A stretch of 42,202 nt of DNA from Thiohalobacter sp. (GCA_026993645.1 JALWSQ010000229.1:1-42202), one strand, 5' to 3'; positions 24,177 to 35,485 are shown, numbered from the stretch's first letter. The notes: a model not told the origin generated them from the sequence alone. Program-made: numbers and translations.

Positions 24177-26429
24177 GTGTCTGAAGCCAAGATTGGAGCC
24201 TATATCTGCAAGGGGTGTGGCCTGGGCGACCGCCTGGACACCAGCCAGCTGGTCACCATCGCCGAGCGCGAAGGCAAGGCCGCCATCGCCCGCGAGCACG
24301 ACTTCCTGTGCTCGGAGGCCGGCGTCCAGATGATTCGCGACGACATCGCCAACGAGGGCGTGAACCGGGTGGTCATCGCCGCCTGTTCCCGCCGCGCCAA
24401 GACCGACGCCTTCGACTTCGACGGCGTCTGCATCAACCGCACCAACCTGCGCGAGGGGGTGATCTGGGTCCGGCCCGACACCGACGAGGATCGCGAGACC
24501 ACCCAGGAGATGGCGGCCGACTACGTGCGCATGGGCTGTGCCGAGATCAAGCACATGAACCCGCCCACCCCGAACGAGAAGACCGATGCCAGCAGCCGCA
24601 TCCTGGTGGTGGGCGGCGGCATCTCCGGCATGACCGCCGCGCTGGAGGCGGCCCGCGCCGGCTACCCGGTCACCCTGGTGGAGAAGAGCGGGCAACTGGG
24701 TGGCGTCGCGGCCGAGCTGGTCAAGCGGGTGCCGGAACGGGCCCCCTATGCCGACCCGGAGGATACCGGGGTGGCCGCGCTGGCCGCCGAGATCGAGGCC
24801 AACGAGCTGATCGAGGTCTGCCTCAACTCGACCCTGGCGCGGACCTCGGGGGCCCCCGGCTGCTTCTCCGCCGACATCGCCACCGAGTCCGGCACCACCC
24901 GCACCGAGAACTTCGGGGCCATCATCCAGGCCTCGGGCTTCAAGCCCTACGATGCCAGCCAGCTGCCCGAGCTGGGCTATGGCAAGACCCCCGACGTGGT
25001 CGACCAGATGGGACTGGAGGCGCTGGTGCGCGCGGCCGGTGACGGCCCGGTCAAGCGCCCGTCCGACGGCAAGGAGGTGGAGCGGGTGCTGTTCGTGCAG
25101 TGCGCCGGCCAGCGCAGCCAGAAGGAGGGCCACCTGCCCTACTGCTCCGGCCACTGCTGCCTGACCTCCATCAAGCAGGCGATGTACTTCAAGGATCGCA
25201 ACCGCGACATCGACACCGAGATCCTGTACACCGACCTGCGCACCCCGGGCGCCCCGGGCGAGGACTTCTATCGCAGCGGCCAACAGAAGGGCATCACCTT
25301 CGTCAAGGGCGTGGTCGAGGACGTCGCCAGCAGCGGCAACGGCGCCAAGGTCAAGTACAAGGACATCATCCTGGACGAGACCATCGAGCGCGACGTGGAC
25401 CTGGTGGTCCTTGCCACCGGCATGGTGCCCAACTCCGGCGTCGACATCGAGGCGGTATCCGCGCCCAACGTAGAGGGCGCGGAGGACGATGCCGGGGACA
25501 ACGGTGGTGACAGCGTGGAGATTCCGGTGGAATCCATCCTCAACCTGACCTATCGCCAGGGCAAGGACATTCCCCAGCTCAAGTACGGCTTCACCGACTC
25601 CCACTTCATCTGCTTCCCCTACGAGTCGCGCCGTACCGGCATCTATGCCACCGGCCCCGTGCGCCGGCCCATGGACATGATGTCGGCCATCGAGGATGCG
25701 ACCGGTGCCGCCCTCAAGGCCATCCAGGCGGTGGAGAATGCCAAGCTGGGCCGGGCCGCGCACCCGCGCTCGGGTGACCTGTCCTTCCCCAGCTTCCGCA
25801 AGGAGGGCTGCACCCAGTGCAAGCGCTGCACCGTGGAATGCCCGTTCGGCGCCATCGACGAGGACGAGCAGCGCTATCCGCAGTTCAACGAGTCCCGCTG
25901 CCGCCGCTGCGGCACCTGCATGGGCGCCTGCCCGGTGCGGGTGATCTCGTTCGAGAACTACTCGGTGGACACCGTCGGCCAGCAGATCAAGAACGTGGAC
26001 ATCCCCGACGAGTTCGACGAGAAGCCGCGCATCCTGGTCCTGGCCTGCGAGAACGATGCCTACCCGGCGCTGGACATGGCGGCCCAGAGCGGCCAGCAGT
26101 ACAGCCAGTGGGCACGCGTCATCCCCGTGCGTTGCCTGGGTTCGGTCAACACCATCTGGGTGACCGATGCCCTGAACAGCGGCTACGACGGCGTCGTCCT
26201 CATGGGCTGCCAGAAGGGCGAAAACTACCAGTGCCACTTCGTCAAGGGATCGGAGATGGCCCATTACCGCATGAGCAAGATCGACGACACCCTGTCGCAG
26301 CTCAATCTGGAAAAGGAACGGGTGGCAACCTACGAGGTCGCCATTACCGACATCGAACGCGCGCCCGGGCTGATCAACGAGATGGCCGAAACCATCGACA
26401 AGATCGGCATGAGCCCATTCAAGTTCTAG
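24177..26429 (+). CDS. qmoB: QmoB-like HdrA-family flavoprotein with 2x[4Fe-4S] and MvhD-like C-terminal domain
   Basis: GTG start lies 2 nt after the qmoA stop. N-terminal CKGCG, FAD fold ILVVGGGISGMTAALEAARAG, ferredoxin motifs CTQCKRCTVECP and CRRCGTCMGACP, and an MvhD-like ILVLACENDAY...RCLGSVN...GCQKGENYQCHF. Confidence 0.85.
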   Translation: MSEAKIGAYICKGCGLGDRLDTSQLVTIAEREGKAAIAREHDFLCSEAGVQMIRDDIANEGVNRVVIAACSRRAKTDAFDFDGVCINRTNLREGVIWVRPDTDEDRETTQEMAADYVRMGCAEIKHMNPPTPNEKTDASSRILVVGGGISGMTAALEAARAGYPVTLVEKSGQLGGVAAELVKRVPERAPYADPEDTGVAALAAEIEANELIEVCLNSTLARTSGAPGCFSADIATESGTTRTENFGAIIQASGFKPYDASQLPELGYGKTPDVVDQMGLEALVRAAGDGPVKRPSDGKEVERVLFVQCAGQRSQKEGHLPYCSGHCCLTSIKQAMYFKDRNRDIDTEILYTDLRTPGAPGEDFYRSGQQKGITFVKGVVEDVASSGNGAKVKYKDIILDETIERDVDLVVLATGMVPNSGVDIEAVSAPNVEGAEDDAGDNGGDSVEIPVESILNLTYRQGKDIPQLKYGFTDSHFICFPYESRRTGIYATGPVRRPMDMMSAIEDATGAALKAIQAVENAKLGRAAHPRSGDLSFPSFRKEGCTQCKRCTVECPFGAIDEDEQRYPQFNESRCRRCGTCMGACPVRVISFENYSVDTVGQQIKNVDIPDEFDEKPRILVLACENDAYPALDMAAQSGQQYSQWARVIPVRCLGSVNTIWVTDALNSGYDGVVLMGCQKGENYQCHFVKGSEMAHYRMSKIDDTLSQLNLEKERVATYEVAITDIERAPGLINEMAETIDKIGMSPFKF

Positions 26430-26438
26430 GAGCCGGTT

Positions 26439-27065
26439 ATGAGCGACTACAACCAGCAGATGATCGAGCAATTCCGTGGCAACTTCCTCAAGGAGGTGGA
26501 ATCCAACGTCGAGGAAGGCGAGTGGGTCAAGATGTGCATGCAGTGCGGCGTCTGTTCGGGCTCCTGCCCGTTCGGCCCCCACTGGGCACACCCGCCGCAG
26601 GAGATCTTCATGATGATCCGGGAAGGGGAACGCGAGCAGGTGCTCACCTCCGACTCCATGTGGATGTGCACCTCCTGCTACAACTGCATCGTGCGCTGCC
26701 CCCGCGGCCTGCCCATCACCCACATCATGCATGGCCTGGCCACCTACGCCAAGCGCCTGGGCCTGGCACCCAAGGAACAGCCGACCGCCAAGTTCGCCCA
26801 GCTGTTCTGGGACAACCTGACCAAGACCGGCCGGGTCAACGAGCTCAAGCTGGGGCTGGCCCTGTACTTCATGAACGGCTTCAGCGAGGGCATCAAGACC
26901 TCGCTCAAGATGAAGGACATCGGCCTCGGCATGTGGAAGACCAAGCGGCTCAACCCCATGGAGATGGTGGGCGGTCATTCCTGCAAGGACACCAAGGGGC
27001 TGCAGGCCATCCTGGCCAAGGCCCAGGAAATCGAGGACGCCAAGATCGGCCGGTCTGGCGCCTGA
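26439..27065 (+). CDS. hdrC: HdrC-like iron-sulfur subunit
   Basis: Two CxxCxxCxxxCP-type clusters (CMQCGVCSGSCP, CTSCYNCIVRCP). It sits between qmoB and the hdrB-like gene. Confidence 0.85.
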   Translation: MSDYNQQMIEQFRGNFLKEVESNVEEGEWVKMCMQCGVCSGSCPFGPHWAHPPQEIFMMIREGEREQVLTSDSMWMCTSCYNCIVRCPRGLPITHIMHGLATYAKRLGLAPKEQPTAKFAQLFWDNLTKTGRVNELKLGLALYFMNGFSEGIKTSLKMKDIGLGMWKTKRLNPMEMVGGHSCKDTKGLQAILAKAQEIEDAKIGRSGA

Positions 27066-27075
27066 GGAGAATCCC

Positions 27076-27975
27076 ATGGCTAAGAAATCCTACTCGTTCT
27101 ACCCCGGATGTTCGTCCCAGAAGGCGGCCTCCGCATCGAACTACCTGACCTCGGTACAGAGCATGTGTGATGTCCTGGACGTGGAACTCAACGAGATCCC
27201 GGACTGGAACTGCTGCTCTGCCTCCATCGGCTATGCCGGCGGCGGCGAGCTGCCGCGGCTGGCCCTGTCGGCCCGCAACATGGCCCTGTCCGAGCAGGCC
27301 CACCCGGGCCAGGACATCGTCGCCACCTGTGCCGCCTGCTGGCTCGCGACCAAGGAGACCCAGGAGCGGCTGCACGCCGACGAGGAACTCATGAAGGAGA
27401 CCAACGAGGCCCTGGCCGCGGCCGGGCTCCAGGTGAAGGCGGACCAGAAGGTGCGCCACATGGTCGAGGTGCTGATCGAGGACTTCGGCTACGAGGAGCT
27501 GGGCAAGCCGGTCAAGAAACCCCTGGAAGGCATCAAGATCGCCGGCTATGTCGGCTGCCAGACCAACCGCCCGTTCGGGATCGCCGGGGAATCCTTCGAG
27601 AATCCCAAGTATCTCGACAAGCTGGTGGAGACGCTGGGGGCCGAGCCCTGCGAGAACTACGAGAAGAAGGTCCAGTGCTGCGGTGGCGCACTGGCCTTCA
27701 GCGAGCCGGAGAAGAGCCAGGAGTTGATCAAGGGCATCATCGAGTCGGCCTACGACAACGGGGCCGAGCTGATCGTCACGCCCTGCCCGGTCTGCCAGAT
27801 GAACGTGGAGGTCTACCAGGACCAGATCAATGCCAAGTACGGCACCAAGTTCAAGATGCCGGTGGTCTACTACAGCACCCTGATGAGCGTCGCCTACGGC
27901 AAGTCGCTCAAGGAGGCGGGCCTGGACGGCCAGGTCATCCGGGCCAAGCAGTTGGAGGAAATCGCCAAGAAGTAG
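27076..27975 (+). CDS. hdrB: HdrB-like subunit with two CCG domains
   Basis: YPGCS...WNCCSA...CAAC and GYVGCQ...VQCCGG...TPCPVCQ match the duplicated CCG-domain pattern of HdrB. Confidence 0.88.
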   Translation: MAKKSYSFYPGCSSQKAASASNYLTSVQSMCDVLDVELNEIPDWNCCSASIGYAGGGELPRLALSARNMALSEQAHPGQDIVATCAACWLATKETQERLHADEELMKETNEALAAAGLQVKADQKVRHMVEVLIEDFGYEELGKPVKKPLEGIKIAGYVGCQTNRPFGIAGESFENPKYLDKLVETLGAEPCENYEKKVQCCGGALAFSEPEKSQELIKGIIESAYDNGAELIVTPCPVCQMNVEVYQDQINAKYGTKFKMPVVYYSTLMSVAYGKSLKEAGLDGQVIRAKQLEEIAKK

Positions 27976-28002
27976 GCAGCGGCCTGGCGGCAACGACCAC
28001 GG

Positions 28003-28030
28003 GAACCCCTCGCACGAGGGGTTCTTTTTT
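28003..28030 (+). terminator. Rho-independent terminator after hdrB
   Basis: GAACCCCTCG-ca-CGAGGGGTTC followed by TTTTTT, 27 nt after the stop. Confidence 0.75.
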
Positions 28031-28060
28031 GCTTGCCCGTACCGGTCCCGGTATCCAGAC

Positions 28061-28093
28061 AAAAGGAGGGGCGGCACCAGGTGCCGCCCCTCC
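28061..28093 (-). terminator. Rho-independent terminator after fba
   Basis: On the minus strand, the GGAGGGGCGGCAC/GTGCCGCCCCTCC stem is followed by TTTTGT, 27 nt after the fba stop. Confidence 0.7.
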
Positions 28094-28120
28094 CGTCGTG
28101 GTAGGCCGCCCGGAGCGGGT

Positions 28121-29185
28121 TCAGCTCACGCGCGGGTCCAGTTCGCCGGCGGCATAGCGCTGGACCATCTCCTCCAGGCTGATGCAGCGCAGCTTGCCGG
28201 CCTGGCCGCAGGTCCCGAAGGCCTCGTAGCGCGCCTTGCAGATCCCCTTCATGGCATCCTTGGCCGCCTTCAGATACTTGCGCGGATCGAAGTTCTTGGG
28301 GTTCTCGGCCAGGTGCTTGCGGATGGCGCCGGTACTGGCCATGCGCAGGTCGGTGTCGATATTGACCTTGCGCACCCCGTGCTTGATCCCTTCCTGGATC
28401 TCCTCCACCGGCACGCCATAGGTCTCGCCCATGTCACCGCCATGGCTGTTGATGATCTCCAGCCAGTCCTGCGGCACGGAGGAGGAACCGTGCATCACCA
28501 GATGGGTATCGGGGATGCGGGCATGGATCTCCTTGATGCGGTCGATGGCCAGGATCTCTCCCGTCGGTGGCCGGGTGAATTTGTAGGCGCCATGGGAGGT
28601 GCCGATGGCGATGGCCAGGGCATCGACCTGGGTCTTGCGGACGAAGTCCGCGGCCTGGTCGGGGTCGGTCAGCAGCTGGTCCTTGGTCAGCTTGCCCTCG
28701 GCACCGGAACCATCCTCCTCGCCGGCCATGCCGGTCTCGAGCGAGCCCAGGCAGCCCAGCTCGCCCTCCACCGAGACACCGCCGGCATGGGCCATCTCGG
28801 CGACGCGCCGGGTCACCTCCACGTTGTACTCGTAGCTGGAGGGCGTCTTCATGTCCTCCATCAGCGAGCCGTCCATCATCACCGAGGTGAAGCCGAGCTG
28901 GATGGACCGCAGGCAGACGCCGGGCGAGGCCCCGTGGTCCTGGTGCACCACGATGGGGATGTGCGGCCATTGCTCCGACGCGGCCTTCATCAGGTGGTAG
29001 AGAAAGGGGGCCCCGGCATAGGACCGGGCACCGGCCGAGGCCTGCACGATCACGGGGCTGTCGGTCTCGTCCGCCGCCTCCATGATGGCGTGCATCTGTT
29101 CCATGTTGTTCACGTTGAAGGCCGGAACGCCGTAGCCGTTCTCGGCCGCATGATCGAGCAGCTCACGCAGGGAAATAAGCGCCAT
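28121..29185 (-). CDS. fba: Fructose-1,6-bisphosphate aldolase, class II (Calvin-cycle/CbbA subtype)
   Basis: [30 protein letters not shown]...VHQDHG...[12 protein letters not shown]...[12 protein letters not shown]. 354 aa. Confidence 0.95.
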   Translation of the reverse strand: MALISLRELLDHAAENGYGVPAFNVNNMEQMHAIMEAADETDSPVIVQASAGARSYAGAPFLYHLMKAASEQWPHIPIVVHQDHGASPGVCLRSIQLGFTSVMMDGSLMEDMKTPSSYEYNVEVTRRVAEMAHAGGVSVEGELGCLGSLETGMAGEEDGSGAEGKLTKDQLLTDPDQAADFVRKTQVDALAIAIGTSHGAYKFTRPPTGEILAIDRIKEIHARIPDTHLVMHGSSSVPQDWLEIINSHGGDMGETYGVPVEEIQEGIKHGVRKVNIDTDLRMASTGAIRKHLAENPKNFDPRKYLKAAKDAMKGICKARYEAFGTCGQAGKLRCISLEEMVQRYAAGELDPRVS

Positions 29186-29292
29186 ACTGGTTCTCCTTGG
29201 GAATGGTCATCTCTCTGGATGCGGCCCGGCGCTGGCCCCGGCCGCTTCCGGTTCGTTGTACGACAATTCGTTACCGCCGGCCGGCGGCGCCC

Positions 29293-30747
29293 TCAGTCGC
29301 CCCGGGCCGGCAGTTCGTGCTCTCCCACCCGGATGATCTTCATGGCGTTGGTGCCACCATGCACGCCGGCGAGATCCCCCTTGGTGATGATCACCAGGTC
29401 CCCGTCCCGCACCGCGCCGCGCCGCATCAGCTCGTCGATGGCCTCCTTGTTGACCCTGGGATGGTCGGTGGTGGTCACGTCGAAGCTCACCGGGTAGACC
29501 CCACGATAGAGCGTTACTTTTCTACGCGTCTCCACGTGACGCGTCAAGGCGTAGATGGGGATGCCGGAACTGATGCGCGACATCCACAGCGGCGTGGCGC
29601 CGGATTCCGTCAGTGCGGCGATGGCCTTCACGCCCAGGTGGTTGGCCGTGTACATGGCTGCCTTGGCGATGGCCTCGTCGATGCGGTTGAATTGCAGGTG
29701 GGTGCGCCGCTCCACCGCCATGGCGGTGCGCTGGCGTTCCGCGCCCTTGCAGATGCGGTCCATGGCCTCGACCGCCTTGGCCGGGTACCGCCCGGCCGCC
29801 GTCTCCGCCGACAACATCACCGCGTCGGTGCCGTCGATCACCGCGTTGGCGACGTCGAATACCTCGGCGCGGGTGGGCAGGGGGCTGTCCACCATGGATT
29901 GCATCATCTGGGTCGCGGTGATCACAACCCGGTCGTGGTGGCGGGCGATCTGGATGATCCGCTTCTGCACCGCGGGCAGCTCGGCGTCACCGATCTCCAC
30001 GCCCAGGTCGCCACGCGCGATCATGACCGCGTCGGCGGCATCGACGATCTCCTCGATGTTCTCGATCGCCTCGGCCCGCTCGATCTTGGCGATGATGCCC
30101 CCATGGCCGCCGGCCTCGCGCAGCAGGTCGCGGGCCTCGAAGATGTCGGCCGCCGAGCGCGGAAAGGAGACCGCCAGGTAGTCCGCCTGCATGGCGGCGG
30201 CACTGCGGATGTCGGAGCGGTCCTTGTCGGTCAGGGCGCGTGCCGACAGGCCGCCGCCCTGGCGGTTGATGCCCTTGCTGTTCGAGAGCACCCCGCCCAC
30301 CACCACCCGGCAGACGATCTCGCTGCCGGAGACATCCTCCACCCAGAGGACGATCTGGCCATCGTCCAGCAACAGGGTGTCACCACGGTGTACGTCCTCC
30401 GGCAGCTGCTTGTAGGTGATGCCCACCCGCTCGCGGGTGCCGGCATCGGCCGGGAGGGTCGCATCCAGCACGAAGTGCGCCCCCTCCTCCAGCTCCACCC
30501 GGTCAGCATCCCGGAAACATTCGATGCGGATCTTGGGGCCCTGCAGGTCGGCCAGCACGCCCACCTGGCGGCCATGGGCCCGGGCCCGGTTGCGCACCGT
30601 CTGCGCCCGCTCCAGGTGGTCCTCTGCCTGACCATGGGAGAAGTTCACCCGCACCACGTCGACCCCGGCCTGGATCAGGGCATCCAGCACCTTGGGGTCA
30701 TCGGTCGCCGGCCCGAGGGTGGCAATGATCTTGGTTCGTCTCAGCAT
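29293..30747 (-). CDS. pyk: Pyruvate kinase
   Basis: MLRRTKIIATLGPAT...VRVNFSHG...DLQGPKIR...MIARGDLGVEI...VITATQMMQSM. 484 aa. Confidence 0.95.
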   Translation of the reverse strand: MLRRTKIIATLGPATDDPKVLDALIQAGVDVVRVNFSHGQAEDHLERAQTVRNRARAHGRQVGVLADLQGPKIRIECFRDADRVELEEGAHFVLDATLPADAGTRERVGITYKQLPEDVHRGDTLLLDDGQIVLWVEDVSGSEIVCRVVVGGVLSNSKGINRQGGGLSARALTDKDRSDIRSAAAMQADYLAVSFPRSAADIFEARDLLREAGGHGGIIAKIERAEAIENIEEIVDAADAVMIARGDLGVEIGDAELPAVQKRIIQIARHHDRVVITATQMMQSMVDSPLPTRAEVFDVANAVIDGTDAVMLSAETAAGRYPAKAVEAMDRICKGAERQRTAMAVERRTHLQFNRIDEAIAKAAMYTANHLGVKAIAALTESGATPLWMSRISSGIPIYALTRHVETRRKVTLYRGVYPVSFDVTTTDHPRVNKEAIDELMRRGAVRDGDLVIITKGDLAGVHGGTNAMKIIRVGEHELPARGD

Positions 30748-30807
30748 GGTCTCCCGAACGGTGGCCGGCGGTCCGCCGGGGCACCCCCGGCGACCGCCGC
30801 CCCGCCC

Positions 30808-31989
30808 TCAGCCCTTGGCGCGTTCCTGGAGGATGGCCACCGCCGGCAGCTTCTTGCCCTCCAGGAATTCGAGGAAGGCACCGCCGCCGGTGGAGATGTA
30901 GGAAATGCGATCCGCCACGCCATACTTGTCCACGGCTGCGAGGGTATCACCTCCACCGGCAATGGAGAAACCCCCGGAGTCCGCGATGGCATGGGCCAGG
31001 GCCTCGGTTCCCTTGCCGAACTGGTCGAATTCGAACACGCCGACGGGGCCATTCCAGACGATGGTGCCGGCGGACTTGAGCATCTCGCCGTAACGGGCCG
31101 CCGTCTCGGGGCCGATGTCGAAGATCATGTCGTCGGCGGCGACCTCGTCCACCTTCTTGACCGTGGCCACGGCGCTGTCCGAGAACTCCTTGCCCACCAC
31201 CACGTCGGTGGGGACCGGGATCTCCCCGCCCTTGGCCCGCGCCGCCTCCATCAGCCGCCTGGCCTCGGGAACCAGGTCCTCCTCGTACAGCGACTTGCCC
31301 ACCGGGTGGCCAGCGGCGGCGATGAAGGTATTGGCGATGCCGCCCCCGGGGATGAGCTGGTCCACCACCCGCGACAGTGCATCCAGCACCGTCAGCTTGG
31401 TAGACACCTTGGAGCCGCCGACGATGGCCACCATGGGCCGGGCCGGATCGTCCAGGGCCTTGCCCAGCGCCTCCAGCTCCGCGGCCAGCAGCGGGCCGGC
31501 GCAGGCCACCGGCGCGAACCGGGCCACGCCGTGGGTGGAGGCCTGGGCCCGGTGGGCGGTGCCGAAGGCATCCATCACGAACACGTCGCACAGGGCGGCA
31601 TAGGCCTTGGCCAGATCGTCGTCGTTCTTCTTCTCGCCCTTGTTGAAACGCACGTTCTCCAACAGTACCACCTCGCCCGCGTCCAGCGCGGGGGCCTGGT
31701 CGAGGTAGTTCTGCACCAGCCGGACCTCGCGGCCGAGCAGTTCACCCAGCCGGTCGGCCACCGGCCGCATGGAGAATTCCTCGGCGTACTCACCCTCGGT
31801 GGGACGCCCCAGGTGGGACATGAGCATGACCCGGGCACCGGCCTGCATGGCATGCTCGATGGTCGGCAGGCTGGCACGGATACGCTTGTCCGAGGTCACC
31901 CGGCCGTCCTTGACGGGGACGTTGAGATCCTGCCGGATGAGCACCCGCTTGCCGGCGAGATCCAGGTCGGTCATCTTGATCACTGACAT
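30808..31989 (-). CDS. pgk: Phosphoglycerate kinase
   Basis: [25 protein letters not shown]...LMSHLGRP...GGSKVSTK...[14 protein letters not shown]. 393 aa. Confidence 0.95.
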   Translation of the reverse strand: MSVIKMTDLDLAGKRVLIRQDLNVPVKDGRVTSDKRIRASLPTIEHAMQAGARVMLMSHLGRPTEGEYAEEFSMRPVADRLGELLGREVRLVQNYLDQAPALDAGEVVLLENVRFNKGEKKNDDDLAKAYAALCDVFVMDAFGTAHRAQASTHGVARFAPVACAGPLLAAELEALGKALDDPARPMVAIVGGSKVSTKLTVLDALSRVVDQLIPGGGIANTFIAAAGHPVGKSLYEEDLVPEARRLMEAARAKGGEIPVPTDVVVGKEFSDSAVATVKKVDEVAADDMIFDIGPETAARYGEMLKSAGTIVWNGPVGVFEFDQFGKGTEALAHAIADSGGFSIAGGGDTLAAVDKYGVADRISYISTGGGAFLEFLEGKKLPAVAILQERAKG

Positions 31990-32101
31990 GATCCACTCCT
32001 AAGTGACAAAAGCCTCTGCACCGGCGGGAACGGTGCCGCGCGGCGGCGCACACGGCGCCACCGCGCAAACACCCTGCCGGATCCCGTTGGCCGTGGCCGC
32101 C

Positions 32102-33115
32102 TTACTTGGCGTTCATCAGCGCAATGGTGGTATCCAGCATGCGGTTGGAGAAGCCCCACTCGTTGTCGTACCAGGAGCAGATCTTGAACAGCTTGCCGTC
32201 GATGGTCCGCGTCAGGGTGGCGTCATAGGTGGAGGACACCGTGGTGTGGTTGAAGTCCACCGACACCAGCGGCCCGTCGTTGTAGGCCAGGATGCCCTTC
32301 AGCTCGCCCTCACTGGCCGCCTTGAGGATGTCGTTGATCTCCTCGACCGAGGTGTCCCGCGCCGGCTCGAAGCTGAGGTCCACCACCGACACGTTGATGG
32401 TCGGCACCCGCACGGCGAAGCCATCCAGCTTGCCGTTGAGTTCCGGCAGCACCAGACCCACCGCCGCCGCGGCACCGGTCTTGGTCGGGATCATGGACTG
32501 GGTGGCGCTGCGCGCGCGGCGCAGGTCGGAGTGATAGACGTCGGTCAACACCTGGTCGTTGGTGTAGGAATGGATGGTGGTCATCAGGCCACGCACGATG
32601 CCGATCTTGTCGTGCAGAGGCTTGACCAGGGGCGCCAGGCAGTTGGTGGTGCAGGAGGCGTTGGAGATGACGGTGTCCGACGCCTTCAGGGTATCGTGGT
32701 TGACGCCATAGACGATGGTGGCATCGACGTCCTTGCCGCCGGGGGCGGAGATCACCACCTTCTTGGCACCGGCGGTCAGGTGCGCCGAGGCCTTCTCCTT
32801 GGTACGGAACAGGCCGGTGCATTCCATCACCACGTCGATGCCCAGCTCGCCCCAGGGCAGCTTGGACGGATCCCGTTCCGCCACCACGCGGATGCGGTCG
32901 CCATTGACCACCATGCTGTCGCCATCGACCTCGACGCTGCCGCCGAACTTGCCATGCACCGTGTCGAAGCGGGTCAGATGGGCATTGGTGTTGGCATCAC
33001 CCAGGTCGTTGATGGCGACGATCTGGATCTCGTCGGTACGGCCGGCCTCGTACAGGGCCCGCAGGACGTTGCGGCCGATACGGCCGTACCCGTTGATTGC
33101 AACCTTGATTGCCAT
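32102..33115 (-). CDS. gap: Glyceraldehyde-3-phosphate dehydrogenase
   Basis: [19 protein letters not shown]...[12 protein letters not shown]...[11 protein letters not shown]. 337 aa. Confidence 0.95.
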   Translation of the reverse strand: MAIKVAINGYGRIGRNVLRALYEAGRTDEIQIVAINDLGDANTNAHLTRFDTVHGKFGGSVEVDGDSMVVNGDRIRVVAERDPSKLPWGELGIDVVMECTGLFRTKEKASAHLTAGAKKVVISAPGGKDVDATIVYGVNHDTLKASDTVISNASCTTNCLAPLVKPLHDKIGIVRGLMTTIHSYTNDQVLTDVYHSDLRRARSATQSMIPTKTGAAAAVGLVLPELNGKLDGFAVRVPTINVSVVDLSFEPARDTSVEEINDILKAASEGELKGILAYNDGPLVSVDFNHTTVSSTYDATLTRTIDGKLFKICSWYDNEWGFSNRMLDTTIALMNAK

Positions 33116-33191
33116 TGTGTTACTCCCTTGGTTCTCGCTCAGTGAATTCGGGGGTGCCCGGCCCGCATCGGCCGGCCGGGCGCCATGATCG

Positions 33192-35186
33192 TCAGAACAG
33201 CGCCTCGGCCGTCTTCACCACGTTGTCCACGGTGAAGCCGAAGTATTCGAACAGGGCGGGGGCCGGTGCCGACTCGCCGAAGCGGGTCATGCCGACGATG
33301 CGGCCCTCCAGCCCCACGTACTTGCGCCAGTAGTCGCTGATACCGGCCTCGATGGCCACCCGCCGCCGGACCGCGGACGGCAGCACGGATTCCCGGTAGG
33401 CCGCGTCCTGGGCATCGAACCGGTCGGTCGAAGGCATGGACACCACTCGCACCCGCCGGCCCTTGGCGCTGAGTGCCTCGGCCGCCGCCATGGCCAGGGC
33501 CACCTCGGAACCGGTGGCGATGAGCAGCAGTTCCGGCTCCCCGTCGCAATCATGCAGCACGTAGCCGCCGCGCTCGATGGCGGCCAGCTGCTCCGGCGTG
33601 CGCGGCTGCGGATCCAGGTTCTGGCGGGTCAGGATCAGGCAGGTGGGGCCGTCGCTGCGCTCGATGGCCATCTTCCAGGCCACTGCCGTCTCCACCGCAT
33701 CCGCCGGCCGCCACAGCGACATGTTGGGGATGAGACGCAGCGAGGCGACGTGTTCGATGGGCTGATGGGTGGGACCGTCCTCGCCCAGGCCAATGGAGTC
33801 ATGGGTGTAGACGTGGATCACCGGCAGCTTCATCAGCGCGGCCATGCGCACCGCATTGCGGGCATAGTCCGAGAACACGAGGAAGGTGCCGCCATAGGGC
33901 CTGAAGCCGCCATGCAGCGCCATGCCGTTCATGATGGCCGACATGCCGAACTCGCGGACGCCGTAGTGGATGTAGTTGCCGTCGGCATCGGTATTGCTGA
34001 TGGACTTGCTGCCCTTCCAGTTGGTGTTGTTGGACCCGGTCAGGTCGGCGGAACCACCCAGCATCTCCGGCAGCATGGGCGCATAGCCGTTGATGGCCGC
34101 CTGTGATGCCTTGCGTGTGGCCACCGCCTTGTTCTCCGCCACCACCGACTGCACGAATTCCGCCGCCTTCTGCGCCCAGTCGGCCGGCAGCTCACCCGCC
34201 ATGCGGCGCTCGAACTCGGCGGCCAGGTCCGGGTAGGCGGCCCGGTAGGCGGCGAAACGCTCGTTCCACTCCGCCTCCCAGCGCGCGCCCTTGTCCCGCG
34301 CATCCCAGCCGGCATAGATCTCGTCGGGAATCACGAACGGCTCGTACTTCCAGCCCAGATTCTCCCGCGCCGCCGCGATCTCGTCCTCGCCCAGCGGGGC
34401 GCCGTGACAGTCGTGGCTGCCGCACAGGTTGGGGGCGCCGTAGCCGATCACCGTCTTGCAGCAGATCAGGGAGGGCTTGTCGTTGACCGAACGCGCCTCC
34501 TGGATGGCGCGCTCGACCGCCTCGGCATCATGGCCGTCCACGCCCCGCACCACGTGCCAGCCGTAGGCCTCGAACCGCTTGGGTGTGTCGTCGGTGAACC
34601 AGCCGCTGACGTGGCCGTCGATGGAAATATCGTTGTCGTCGTAGAAGCAGATCAGCTTGCCCAGCCCCAGGGTGCCCGCCAGCGAACAGGCCTCGTGGGA
34701 GATCCCCTCCATCAGGCAGCCGTCACCGAGGAAGACATAGGTGTAGTGATCGACGATGTGATGACCCTCGCGGTTGAACTGGGCGGCGAGGACCTTCTCC
34801 GCGATGGCCATGCCGACGGCGTTGGTGACGCCCTGTCCCAGGGGACCGGTGGTAGTCTCCACCCCGGGGGTGTAGCCGTACTCGGGGTGGCCGGGGGTCT
34901 TGGAATGGAGCTGGCGGAAGTTGCGCAGATCGTCCATGGACAGATCGTAGCCCGTGAGATGCAGCAGGGAATAGATCAGCATGGAACCATGGCCATTGGA
35001 CAACACGAAGCGGTCGCGGTTGGGCCACTTGGGGTTGGCCGGGTTGTGGCGCAGGTGGTCGTTCCACAGGACCTCGGCGATGTCCGCCATGCCCATGGGC
35101 GCGCCGGGATGGCCGGACTTGGCCTTCTGCACGGCGTCCATACTCAGCGCCCGGATGGCATTGGCTAGTTCTCTGCGCGAAGGCAT
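33192..35186 (-). CDS. tkt: Transketolase
   Basis: Starts [32 protein letters not shown] at ATG 35186 with AGGAGAG upstream. Contains GDGCLMEG and [16 protein letters not shown] motifs. The ORF-track N-terminal extension is rejected. Confidence 0.95.
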   Translation of the reverse strand: MPSRRELANAIRALSMDAVQKAKSGHPGAPMGMADIAEVLWNDHLRHNPANPKWPNRDRFVLSNGHGSMLIYSLLHLTGYDLSMDDLRNFRQLHSKTPGHPEYGYTPGVETTTGPLGQGVTNAVGMAIAEKVLAAQFNREGHHIVDHYTYVFLGDGCLMEGISHEACSLAGTLGLGKLICFYDDNDISIDGHVSGWFTDDTPKRFEAYGWHVVRGVDGHDAEAVERAIQEARSVNDKPSLICCKTVIGYGAPNLCGSHDCHGAPLGEDEIAAARENLGWKYEPFVIPDEIYAGWDARDKGARWEAEWNERFAAYRAAYPDLAAEFERRMAGELPADWAQKAAEFVQSVVAENKAVATRKASQAAINGYAPMLPEMLGGSADLTGSNNTNWKGSKSISNTDADGNYIHYGVREFGMSAIMNGMALHGGFRPYGGTFLVFSDYARNAVRMAALMKLPVIHVYTHDSIGLGEDGPTHQPIEHVASLRLIPNMSLWRPADAVETAVAWKMAIERSDGPTCLILTRQNLDPQPRTPEQLAAIERGGYVLHDCDGEPELLLIATGSEVALAMAAAEALSAKGRRVRVVSMPSTDRFDAQDAAYRESVLPSAVRRRVAIEAGISDYWRKYVGLEGRIVGMTRFGESAPAPALFEYFGFTVDNVVKTAEALF

Positions 35187-35469
35187 AGGTCTCTCCTGTA
35201 TTCGCTGAAAGATTCCGTTGTGTGCTGTATGCGTATCCGTCACGCCCACCGGCCCGCATGCCCCCCTGCCGGTGTCCGGCGCCCGCCTGCGTCCTGCCGC
35301 TGGCGCCCCGACGCTCGGTCGCCCATGAATTGAGGTTCACGGCGCGCTGTGCCGGCAGCCCCCGCGGCGGCACCGGCAACGGAGCCGGCAGGACACCCGG
35401 GGGATACCTGGACTCCGTGCTGAAATTCGGCTGCGCCCGGCCCCGGGACCCGGATGACGGGCCCTGCCG

Positions 35470-35485
35470 GCGCTCGATCGAGCGC
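35470..35485. repeat. Perfect 16-bp palindrome GCGCTCGATCGAGCGC in the tkt upstream region
   Basis: Read directly from the sequence. On the plus strand it is followed by GCTATTTTC. No gene ends next to it on that strand. Confidence 0.5.
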
